The notes below the pieces were generated by a model that worked only from the letters and a program-made list of their open reading frames with translations, had not been told where the DNA came from and made no database searches. A program made the translations under genes and the position numbers. Source: an uncultured Omnitrophica bacterium (GTDB lineage Bacteria; Omnitrophota; Gorgyraeia; JACQQV01). From it: a DNA stretch of 64,000 bases. Below, in pieces: positions 42,926-51,600 of this stretch. The stretch is taken from NCBI GenBank assembly GCA_947085655.1, contig CAMTXH010000019.1, forward strand, positions 3,827 through 67,826, in the 5' to 3' direction. Every line of letters starts with the position of its first letter. Within the stretch, counting starts at the first letter, position 1.

Positions 42926-45900
42926 ATGTCCCGCAAGTTTTTCCTGTTCTTGGCTCTTCCGCTAATTGTCTCGTTAAGTTTCCCCGCTGTTGTTTATTCC
43001 AAGCCAACCACTCATTTAAAGACCCCCTCTGCCAGAGATGGCGGGGTGCACCAGGAACTCGCCTGGATTTTGGGGGCGGACGTTTCTCCTGCCCAGGCCT
43101 CTCAGTTGGCGGCCGGAGCGAAGGAACTGGTCAGTACTGCTTTTGACGAAAACCGTGCCTTTGTCACAGTTGGGGCAAGCGATAAGGAAATCGCAAAGCA
43201 GGTGGATGCCTATGCCAGGGCGTATCATGCGCGGACCGGTCGGCGGTTCAGCGTGGCTGGGACAGAGGTCTTTACCAATTTCGGCAATAATGTGAAAGAG
43301 ATAAGCGGAGAAATCGGAAAACTTGCCAGGAGCTGGCGGGAGCGGGCCGGAAAAGGGTTTGGCCGGGACAAACGCAACGAGGATGGGACACCCGATTACC
43401 ATGAAGTCAATATTAAAGATGCCCTTGCAGAAAGACTTGCAAGGGCTTCTTCTTTTATTCAGGAAACATTGGCAAGCGGGGAAGGAACCGTCTATGCCAA
43501 TACAGCAAAGCGTCTTTCAGAAGAGACGCGCATTGTTTTAGTCTTGGATGAAGAGGGAATCCCAACGCTTCTTTCCGTCTATGCCAATACAGCAAAGCGT
43601 CTTTCAGAAGAGACGCGCATTGTTTTAGTCTTGGATGAAGAGGGAATCCCAACGCTTCTTTCCAATGGTGTTGAAGGAACACCCGAACATCAGGCGCTCG
43701 TCTCCTATGCAGGACGTCACCGCTATGCCGGATGGAAGGGCGGAGATACCACGACGCCGAACCGTGCTCGTTCGATTTACTTGAGTCTGGTTCAGGTTGA
43801 GGAACTGATGAAGCGGGCCGATAAGGAAACACTGGGGTCTCTCCTTTACCATCACGACAGGGACCTTCAGAACGGAAAGCATGAAGATCCGTCACCGGCT
43901 GCGGCTGAGCGGGTGAACAGCGTCCTTCAGGAGATTTTCACCGCCTATCGTGAAAAATATCTGGCGAAAGTCGAAGCAGAACACAAGACAAAACTCCAAA
44001 GGGTGACCACAACGGTGGTCAGTCTGGATGTTGCGACCTGGCTTGGGGGCGCCACCCGGATTCCGGATGAGGTGGTTGCGTTTGCGGAGAACGAGCTTAA
44101 GAACGAAATGGCTGCTGGGACCATCACCGCCTTTGTCGTGAAAGCAAGGGGAAAGGACCTGGATATTCAGGCAAACCACCAAAAAGGTTCGGAAAGTCCA
44201 ATCATTCAAAAAATCCTCACTGACCTCATGGTTCGGACCCTTGTTCAAGCGGTTTCTCCATCCTCAGAGACAAGGGAGGAAGTGCACCAAACCGCTAGAT
44301 CGTACGTTAGTTACCGACCTGCCGAGATGACCTATACGGAACGGGGGGCAGAACCGATTTTGATTGCGAAGGCGATTGACGCAGGACCCGGCTTCTTCAA
44401 CAAAGCCCTTTGGAATATTTTCTCGCATCCTGATCTCCAGTCAACGACCACGATTGACGCTTTTGCCGCTCCAGGATTCCGCTATGTCCTTTCAAGCGTT
44501 GAAGACCTGAAGGCAGGAAAGAAAAATCCGAGAACCCTTGTCTTCACCACACCCAAAGACCGGGATCTATTGCAGTCCTTTGCTTCAAACCCAGACGCTT
44601 GGGTCATTACCGAGGTCTATACCACTGTCGATACTTTGACCGGCGGGAAGATTCCGACGGACGAACCGATCGCAACCGTGTCGTATCAGGTGGTTGAAAA
44701 TGCCAAGGGAGAAAAGTCGCTCCTTAATCCCAACGCGATTATCCGGATGCAGTCCGGTTCGCCTGCGGTGGGAGAAGCGACCAACGCCATCTTCAGACCG
44801 CAGATTTCAATCGGCGGGCCGAACGGAGAATATAACGTTGCCGTTTTTCCGGTGAGTGACGAAGAGGCGCGCACTGCAGCGTATCAGCCGGGGATGGCGA
44901 GAGTTGCGGCTTACGGCTATCAATCCTCCGAGGAAAAACCAGGGTCTCCGATCTTCGGCAGAATTCCTGAGGACCCGGTTACGAATAAGCAGATTGTCTA
45001 TGACCAGGTTCCAAGAAGTTCTGCGGCAAGACTGGTGCGTGAAAAATCGGCGCTTCTTGCCAAACTCATGAATGACCACGGGGAGTTCGACCCTTACGTG
45101 GTGGCAAGCGTTGCCGAAGCGCGTGCCGAGAAGGCCAAGGAAGCGAACTTAAGCCGCTTTGAAAAATTGCCTGGATTGGCCAAGGAGGATGATGTCATGG
45201 CCGCCTCCCGGAATCCACTCGAAGGACACTTTACCGTCTCACTCATCAAAATCGATACGGGTGGGGATATTGGTCACCAGGGGGTGCCGACGGAATACCG
45301 TGTCGTGACCGAGGCCTCTCTTGCCGCAGCCCGTGAAGCATCAAAAGGCCAACTCTTTTCCGACGCCCACTTTGGCTGGGCCGGAGACGACAATCAGATT
45401 AACATGGTTCACCGGCATGGCGTTGATAACGACACAATTCACAGCTTTGATATTCAGGTCTTCTGGCGGCAGGTTTGGGCAGCCACAGCGGCCGGCCACA
45501 AATGGTACGGCCGCGGCCAGGATTTGGTGGGCGAAGCCATTAAAAAAGGAGATGTCGAAATCCGCGCAGGACTCAATGATGAATTCATCGAAGCGCTCGG
45601 GAAACAACTCTCCGGGGAAAAATCGAAATATTTCGCAAAGGTCAAAGCCGCCTACGAGACCTGGAAGCAGAAAACAGGAGGACAGGAGGTCGGGAAGCCG
45701 TATTCGGGGAATGTCCAGGCGATGGGTCCCGGTCTTTCTGAACTCGTTGTCAAAGCGGGGCAGCAGGTCGGGAAACTCGCGATGGACAAAACCGGCCCCG
45801 GCGCTTTCAACATTCCTTTTTGGTGGGCAGCGAACCAGGCGCTCGAAAGGGGCGTCTACGACGATCTCATCTTTGAGATTTGGGACACCGAAAAACACGA

Positions 45901-47236
45901 AAGAATTTTTGTCAGTCTCAAAGAAGAAAGACCTTTGGCCAGACAACTCCTCGGTGCTGTAAACCGCTTTAACATTAAGCGGATCTGGACTAGAAAGCCC
46001 GGCCATAAATGGGTCCGTTCCAAGCCGAAAGAGTCGATCAGTGATCTGCCGATCGCTTCTCTTTCCACCGAGCGGCTTTCCATCATCTCCGGCGGGGAAT
46101 ATCTTGGGAAGGACGATCCGGTTGCGCTCGCCCATATTGAGTTCATGGACATTGTCTTTGAATTCATGCGGGATCACTTCTACATGAACCAGGGAGATGA
46201 ACGGGGATCGCACTACATGATGCCGCTTGCCGAAGCGCATGAGGATGCGGTGGCGACGCTCCGGAGCCGTGCGGTCCAAACCGCCGAGCGGTATGTCATT
46301 ACGAGTGACGGGAAATATGCCGGCAGAGAGGATGTTTACAAAGAACCGGCCTATGAGACAGCGCGGAGACGTCAGGTGGAATACAACGAACTCATCTGGG
46401 CGGTTCAGGGTTCTGAATGGCCGCCGGTCGGCGTCGGACCTGCACAGATTGAGGCCTCCTATCCTGCTGCACGGCTCATGGAGGAACTTGAAGCGGAGGA
46501 TTCGGAGTACCGGATCGAGCGGACGCTCACCTTGGCGGAAAGTCATGCCGCTTCCAAGTGGGCCGATCTTTTCCCTGCGATCGGCCGTTCCGTGAGCCCG
46601 AAAGTGGCACGGATGGCGGCAGATGGAGGAAATAAAGTCATTTTGATTAACGCTGAGACCTTCATCGAAGGACCGGATGGGCTTTTGGCGATCCAGAAGT
46701 ATTTCAGGGATCTTGGATTCGAGACTCCGGAAGAGGCCTTGAAGAGCCCGGTGAAGATTTACATCAATGTTCCGAAAGACGTCAAACCGAGCGAAGGAAA
46801 CGAGATCGTTGACCGGCTTCTCCGGACGGCCAAGGAGAAAACAGACGGTGCCGTGACACTCACCCGGGATTGGTTTGCGGGTGTTGTCTCGGGTACATCT
46901 GCAGATGATGTGCAAGGGAAAATTTTGAATGTGGAGGCTGGCATCGATGTTGTAATCGGGCCTACCGAATGGGCACATGGCCTCCAAAGAATTACAGGGC
47001 CGACTCTCGTGACGGTTGCTTTGGACCCTTCGCCTGATCAGGAAGCCCGTTCCGGCGCAGCGGCGTTTCTGATGGCGATTGAGGCGCTTGCCAATAATAA
47101 GGTCATCGATGAAGCTCTTGCACAGAAACTCTCTGTTCAGATTGATCAGGGCGCCTTGAGCATCATCGCAAGCCCGGTAAGCCCAAAGATTGAAACGGAT
47201 CTCACGGCCTACCGCGAAGCGATGCGCAAGGTGTAA
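42926..47236 (+). CDS. Signal-peptide multidomain protein with tandem FBP aldolase/phosphatase (class V FBPase) domains
   Basis: AAGGAGG then MSRKFFLFLALPLIVSLSFPAVVYS. Copy 1 (~44003-45190) is degenerate (ERGAEP, GPGFFN, RMQSGSPAVGE). Copy 2 (~45227-46530) has IKIDTGG.IGH, GDD, YGRGQDL, GNV..MGPG, DKT.PGAFN, YLGKDDP and RGSH. Confidence 0.85.
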   Translation: MSRKFFLFLALPLIVSLSFPAVVYSKPTTHLKTPSARDGGVHQELAWILGADVSPAQASQLAAGAKELVSTAFDENRAFVTVGASDKEIAKQVDAYARAYHARTGRRFSVAGTEVFTNFGNNVKEISGEIGKLARSWRERAGKGFGRDKRNEDGTPDYHEVNIKDALAERLARASSFIQETLASGEGTVYANTAKRLSEETRIVLVLDEEGIPTLLSVYANTAKRLSEETRIVLVLDEEGIPTLLSNGVEGTPEHQALVSYAGRHRYAGWKGGDTTTPNRARSIYLSLVQVEELMKRADKETLGSLLYHHDRDLQNGKHEDPSPAAAERVNSVLQEIFTAYREKYLAKVEAEHKTKLQRVTTTVVSLDVATWLGGATRIPDEVVAFAENELKNEMAAGTITAFVVKARGKDLDIQANHQKGSESPIIQKILTDLMVRTLVQAVSPSSETREEVHQTARSYVSYRPAEMTYTERGAEPILIAKAIDAGPGFFNKALWNIFSHPDLQSTTTIDAFAAPGFRYVLSSVEDLKAGKKNPRTLVFTTPKDRDLLQSFASNPDAWVITEVYTTVDTLTGGKIPTDEPIATVSYQVVENAKGEKSLLNPNAIIRMQSGSPAVGEATNAIFRPQISIGGPNGEYNVAVFPVSDEEARTAAYQPGMARVAAYGYQSSEEKPGSPIFGRIPEDPVTNKQIVYDQVPRSSAARLVREKSALLAKLMNDHGEFDPYVVASVAEARAEKAKEANLSRFEKLPGLAKEDDVMAASRNPLEGHFTVSLIKIDTGGDIGHQGVPTEYRVVTEASLAAAREASKGQLFSDAHFGWAGDDNQINMVHRHGVDNDTIHSFDIQVFWRQVWAATAAGHKWYGRGQDLVGEAIKKGDVEIRAGLNDEFIEALGKQLSGEKSKYFAKVKAAYETWKQKTGGQEVGKPYSGNVQAMGPGLSELVVKAGQQVGKLAMDKTGPGAFNIPFWWAANQALERGVYDDLIFEIWDTEKHERIFVSLKEERPLARQLLGAVNRFNIKRIWTRKPGHKWVRSKPKESISDLPIASLSTERLSIISGGEYLGKDDPVALAHIEFMDIVFEFMRDHFYMNQGDERGSHYMMPLAEAHEDAVATLRSRAVQTAERYVITSDGKYAGREDVYKEPAYETARRRQVEYNELIWAVQGSEWPPVGVGPAQIEASYPAARLMEELEAEDSEYRIERTLTLAESHAASKWADLFPAIGRSVSPKVARMAADGGNKVILINAETFIEGPDGLLAIQKYFRDLGFETPEEALKSPVKIYINVPKDVKPSEGNEIVDRLLRTAKEKTDGAVTLTRDWFAGVVSGTSADDVQGKILNVEAGIDVVIGPTEWAHGLQRITGPTLVTVALDPSPDQEARSGAAAFLMAIEALANNKVIDEALAQKLSVQIDQGALSIIASPVSPKIETDLTAYREAMRKV
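43490..43663 (+). repeat. Exact 87-bp in-frame tandem duplication
   Basis: 43490-43576 is identical to 43577-43663; encodes VYANTAKRLSEETRIVLVLDEEGIPTLLS twice. Confidence 0.95.
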
Positions 47237-48210
47237 TGATTACGCAATACAGCACGCAGTACACCTCCATGGTGATCAAGATGAGGGGACGGTTTCCCTG
47301 GCCTGCCGACCAGGGCAGGCTAAACCGTCCCCTCGTTTCTTTAGTGGTTTCCCTTCCTTTAATAGGGACTCTTGTCTTCCCCCCTTCTATCTATGCCGAT
47401 ATCCCCGCTCAATTACGGGCGCCGATGACCTCCAGAGATGAAGGCGTAGCCCAAGCCATTGCAAGAGACCTCTCACTCCTTTCAGGAAATCGGGCGGTAC
47501 AGGATGGCGGCAACCGGACGGAGCAGGAGGGTGACTTAGCGTCGGAGGCACTGGATGCCGAAACCCTTGGGAAGATGGTGATACGTGCCATTCCGGAGGT
47601 TGTCCCGCCGTTATCATCCGACATTCTTCAAACAACATTCCAGGGAACGATTGCCGTCTACGAAGAATCGCTCGACAACCTCACCATTGCCACCATGGTG
47701 GAGCGGTTTGCGCGTCAATTAAACAGTGCACGCTCTAAAATCGGATTCGTTCTGGTTTCCACATCAGGGAAATCCGAATCTGAGATTGCCGCGAAAGTCT
47801 ATCGGGATTCGAAGGGTTTGGTCAATCTGAGCGGTACTTTCCGGGCAACACTTGTGGAGGGCGAAGTCAACGCATTGAATCCTTTGTCGGTTGTGGCGGC
47901 ATTGGAAGAAAAAAGACTCCCGCCTCTTGTGGAACTCGTCGCACCTTTGGAAATCGTGGTCGCTTACCGAAGACCTGGCATCGAACTGTATGGATGGCTC
48001 GTATCCCGTAACCCGCAGGAAGGGGAGGCGGGCATTGCGAACGGCGCACCGGCCCTTCGGGAACTGGTCGAGCTTTTGGGGTTGGGGGAGAAGGAACGGG
48101 CGAGTCTCCTTCGGGATGGAGGCCGATCGTTCATGGTTAACATTCAGCGCTATGAAGAAGATTTCGAAGCGTTCGATTTCTCCTATCGTGAAGGCCGCAA
48201 AAGCGATTAG
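47236..48210 (+). CDS. Exported protein consisting of leader + shared C-terminal domain only
   Basis: Hydrophobic signal-like stretch, QLRAP..SRDEG, QDGG, then a ~210-aa domain clearly alignable to the C-terminus of 48689-54076; TAATG coupling to the upstream gene. Confidence 0.8.
   Translation: MITQYSTQYTSMVIKMRGRFPWPADQGRLNRPLVSLVVSLPLIGTLVFPPSIYADIPAQLRAPMTSRDEGVAQAIARDLSLLSGNRAVQDGGNRTEQEGDLASEALDAETLGKMVIRAIPEVVPPLSSDILQTTFQGTIAVYEESLDNLTIATMVERFARQLNSARSKIGFVLVSTSGKSESEIAAKVYRDSKGLVNLSGTFRATLVEGEVNALNPLSVVAALEEKRLPPLVELVAPLEIVVAYRRPGIELYGWLVSRNPQEGEAGIANGAPALRELVELLGLGEKERASLLRDGGRSFMVNIQRYEEDFEAFDFSYREGRKSD
47283..47334. repeat. Nested palindrome inside the 5' coding region
   Basis: GAGGGGACGGTTT / AAACCGTCCCCTC (13 bp) enclosing GCCTGCC / GGCAGGC. 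Confidence 0.75.
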
Positions 48211-48248
48211 CAGACGAATAAGTTGAAGCAAAAGTTAGATTTTGTCCC

Positions 48249-48277
48249 TTGACAATCAAGGGATTAAATGATATCCT
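48249..48277 (+). promoter_or_regulatory. sigma70-type promoter
   Basis: TTGACA-17 nt-TATCCT with extended TG; the -35 is overlapped by the palindrome TCCCTTGA-caa-TCAAGGGA. Confidence 0.6.
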
Positions 48278-48384
48278 TAATGTAAAGAAATTGAAATTTT
48301 TGTGTATACATCTTGTTTATTTGTAAAAGGTTGTAACTTAACTGGAAATAGCATCTTTCAAAATTTGGTCTTTCTTTACTCAAG

Positions 48385-48490
48385 GTTTGTTCACTAGATA
48401 AACGCAAACCATTCGTGAGGATGGGACTGCAAAGCCTTGGACCCTGCACTAATTTTCGGGGAAAATTAGTGCTGGCAGCCGGGTTGCCTA
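48385..48490 (+). ncRNA. Cyclic di-GMP-I (GEMM-I) class riboswitch aptamer
   Basis: GATAAACGCAAACC-ATTC-GTGA-GGAT-GGGAC-TGCAAAGCC...P3 stem GCACTAATTTTC/GAAAATTAGTGC...GGCAGCCGGGTTGCC matches the GEMM-I pattern GCAAACC-GNRA-GGGACGCAAAGCC...AGCGGGGTTACC. Confidence 0.85.
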
Positions 48491-48514
48491 AAGGAACAGC
48501 GGCCCGGTTTTTTT
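48479..48514 (+). terminator. Riboswitch expression-platform terminator
   Basis: CCGGGTTGC / GCGGCCCGG stem (two G-U pairs) followed by T7; the 5' arm overlaps the aptamer 3' end. Confidence 0.8.
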
Positions 48515-48688
48515 ATTCCCTCGGCCTGAATGGCCTCGGGATCAATTTAGTCAGCAGACTTACGTTCGCTTTGCTCCGTAAGTCTGGACTTCATTGTTCG
48601 GCGTGGGGGCTCCGGCTTCCTTCTTCCCAAGGCAAGAGGCGGAGCAATTACAGGAGCCCTCACGAACCGATCCGGAGGTGAAGAAAAG

Positions 48689-51600
48689 ATGAAGAAATCC
48701 GGTTTTTGGTTCAAACTTACTGCCTGTCTTATTCTTCAGATTTTTCTGTTCTTCACAGTCAGTCCCATCCCTGCCTCTGCCTTACCCACGCCAACCCAAT
48801 CCCATTTAAGGTCCATTTCAACCAGAAGCTCCGATGGAGGGGTTCGACTTCTTCAACAGGAACTTTTGCGGCCGGCGGGTGTTCCAGCGCCAGACGCTCT
48901 GCAGCCCATTGACGTTTACATCGCTGCAACTTTCGATCACGCCACAGGGCCAACCTCTTTCGAGGGGCGTGTCCGTCGTTTGGTTTCGGCGGTGGCTCAA
49001 GGTGAGTACGAAGGAGTTGATCCGCAAACGCTCGTTCCTCTTTTTCTGAAGGAGTTAACACCGGATCAAGCGGATCTTCATGAATCGATCGGGGGAGAAT
49101 GGGAGCGTCTAAACGGCACTTGTCAGACGTGCGGTGTGAATTCCTTTTATGAGTTACCTTCGACGGGCAGGGTGTCTTCCCAAGACCTCCGCAGAGTTCC
49201 GAGGGAAGTTTTGGGAAGTCTTGTTGCGGCTGTTCATATCGCCCAATCCGGGCGTCTTTCCTTCCACCCCCGAACAAACGAAATCCTCTATTCCGCTTTT
49301 GATCTTGGTTTGGTCTACGGGATGTCTGTTCACCAACTTCCAAAAGCAGAAAAAGCGTTACGAAGTTTGGTTCCAAATGCAGAGCGGGGACTGATTGTCC
49401 ATCTTGCCGCTCTTGATCCGGAGGGTCGGGGGGGTCATTTCGCGGCGGTTAAAACAATCGGGGAAAACGAAGTCATTGTCTTGGATAAAGGGAGAGAAAT
49501 CACCCTCCCGCTTCCGGAATTTCTCAGGCAATGGTCCGGGTATTTCCTCACTTATTCTCAAACCTCCTCAGCGAAGGTTGTCCCGCAGGAAGAGGCAAAG
49601 GAAGTCATGGGATGCTGCGGGACCTACGGCGAGATTATCTCTAAGGGGGCATACCATCAGCAGCCGGATGTGGATATTGCGCAGTTAAGCAGCATTGCGG
49701 CGCTTATCGAGCAGCACGGCCTTCAGGCACTTGTGAAAAACAATCAGGAAAGACTCTTTTTTGCGGGAGAGGAGGATGTCCAAATTGACGCTGTGGGGCG
49801 GTCGGGAAGTATTTCCTTCATTGAATATACCGGAAGGGATGAAGAACCTGTCCAACGTCATCCCCACACCCTGAATGCCGACGAAATCAAAAAGGTTAAA
49901 GGTTATGTCCACCTTCGTGAGAAAGCAGCCGCTCAACTCGAGGAAGTGCATCGGCTGAACGAACAAGTCGAGAAAGCGAAGTCAAAATATGGAAAGGGCA
50001 AAGACAGCAATCAGTCCTGGGAGGAGTGGCGGAAAAACCGCCATCACGGTTGGAAGGAGTGGCAGAGAGGGGCCGGGGAAGCAAAAGAGGCCAAAAAGAA
50101 ATACCAGCAATATCGGAATGATTATTTGGAGGAGAGGGAAAAGGTATTGGGTCAATTTATCGCGAACATTTACCCTGGGCAGCGGACCCGGTTTCAAAAT
50201 TATCTTCTGGAGTCGTATTTAGGCGGCCGAGAACAAATACAGAAATTTTTCAGCCAATTTTACCATTTGAAGCGTATTGTAAATCTTGAATTCATCTTCA
50301 ACAATCCGTCCGTTCGCGCGGAAATCCGCTCTTTGGCGGACCGGCTCCGTGTCTTGATCGCGGAAGAAGAGAGGTTATACAAGAAGTTTGTCGAGGACGG
50401 GTTATTACACCAACAGGATCTGGAGGCTTACAAAGGACGGATGGCACTCCTCAAAGATATGGAATGGTTCCTCACTGAAGATGTCCTCCGGCACATCGAT
50501 GAGATCATGAGTTTGGGGGGCATCGAAGAACGTGATTTACCGGTCTCTTCGCACGCGTTTCAGGCCCTTCGTGCAGTGAATACGGCCCTTGTGGCGATTG
50601 ACAAGCGACTTGAAACACGGGGGCGGGATTCGCTGGGCGTTGCCATTTCTCTTAGCGTGCCTGATGTGAAAACTTACCATCGGCTGAGAGACGCCCTTCA
50701 TAATAACGGATTTCGGTCAGAGTATGAGAGACGGCGGGAACGGGGAACAATGAATTTGGACAATCTCGCAATCCGCATGCAACACAGCCATAAGCCCAAT
50801 GGGGACATCGATGCAGACAGACCAGTCACCATCACTTTTGTTTACAAGGTAGCCGAAGCGGTGGGGAAACTGGGGGACAATGCAAGGGCAATCCGGAAGT
50901 CTATTACCGAGGATGAAGTGTTTAAGCGGGTGATCCGGGCAGATCTTGAAAACATTGTGGTCACGGCCCAATCCCGTTGGGCCTCTGCCGGAGGAATCAA
51001 CATTCCGAATGCCCATCCTGTGGACAACCGGGGGATTTATCTCATCGATGGCAGACAAAGAGAACAGATATGGGAACTTTCGGCAGATCAAATCCCAAAG
51101 TATGGTAGAAATGGAACCCTTTTTGTGGTTCTAAACGGCGATATTGATAATTATAACAGCGAGCGGGAAGGAAAACCGAATCTCACAAAGGTCTATGAGG
51201 AAGACCAGCTCAATACCGTACCCCGTCATATTCATCCGGAGGCCAGTTCAGACACCAAAAGGATTCCGCTTCGGATCGAACATTATTTGGCGCGCGGCCA
51301 TGACCTGAAAGAAGCATTCCGCCTTGCGGTGAACGATTTCGGCGGCTCTTTTGCGATCCAGATGCAGAGTGACCTGGAGCCGGGAAAAATTTTTCTTGCG
51401 CAGCACGGAGAAGGGCAAGCGCTTTATGTCGGAATTTCGGAAGATGGGTTTCATTCCTCTTCCGAACAATACGGGTTTGTTGAGTCGACTCAGCGTTACG
51501 TCGAGATGCAGGCAGGGCAAATCATCATTTTGGACCAGGCAAGGAAACCGGGTGTTGAGCAAATCGAGGCGTATGACTTTGATGGAACGCCGATTAAATT

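Noticed and set aside
45341-46987. 548-aa minus-strand ORF
   Set aside because: Antisense to the FBPase domain, which carries the conserved catalytic motifs.
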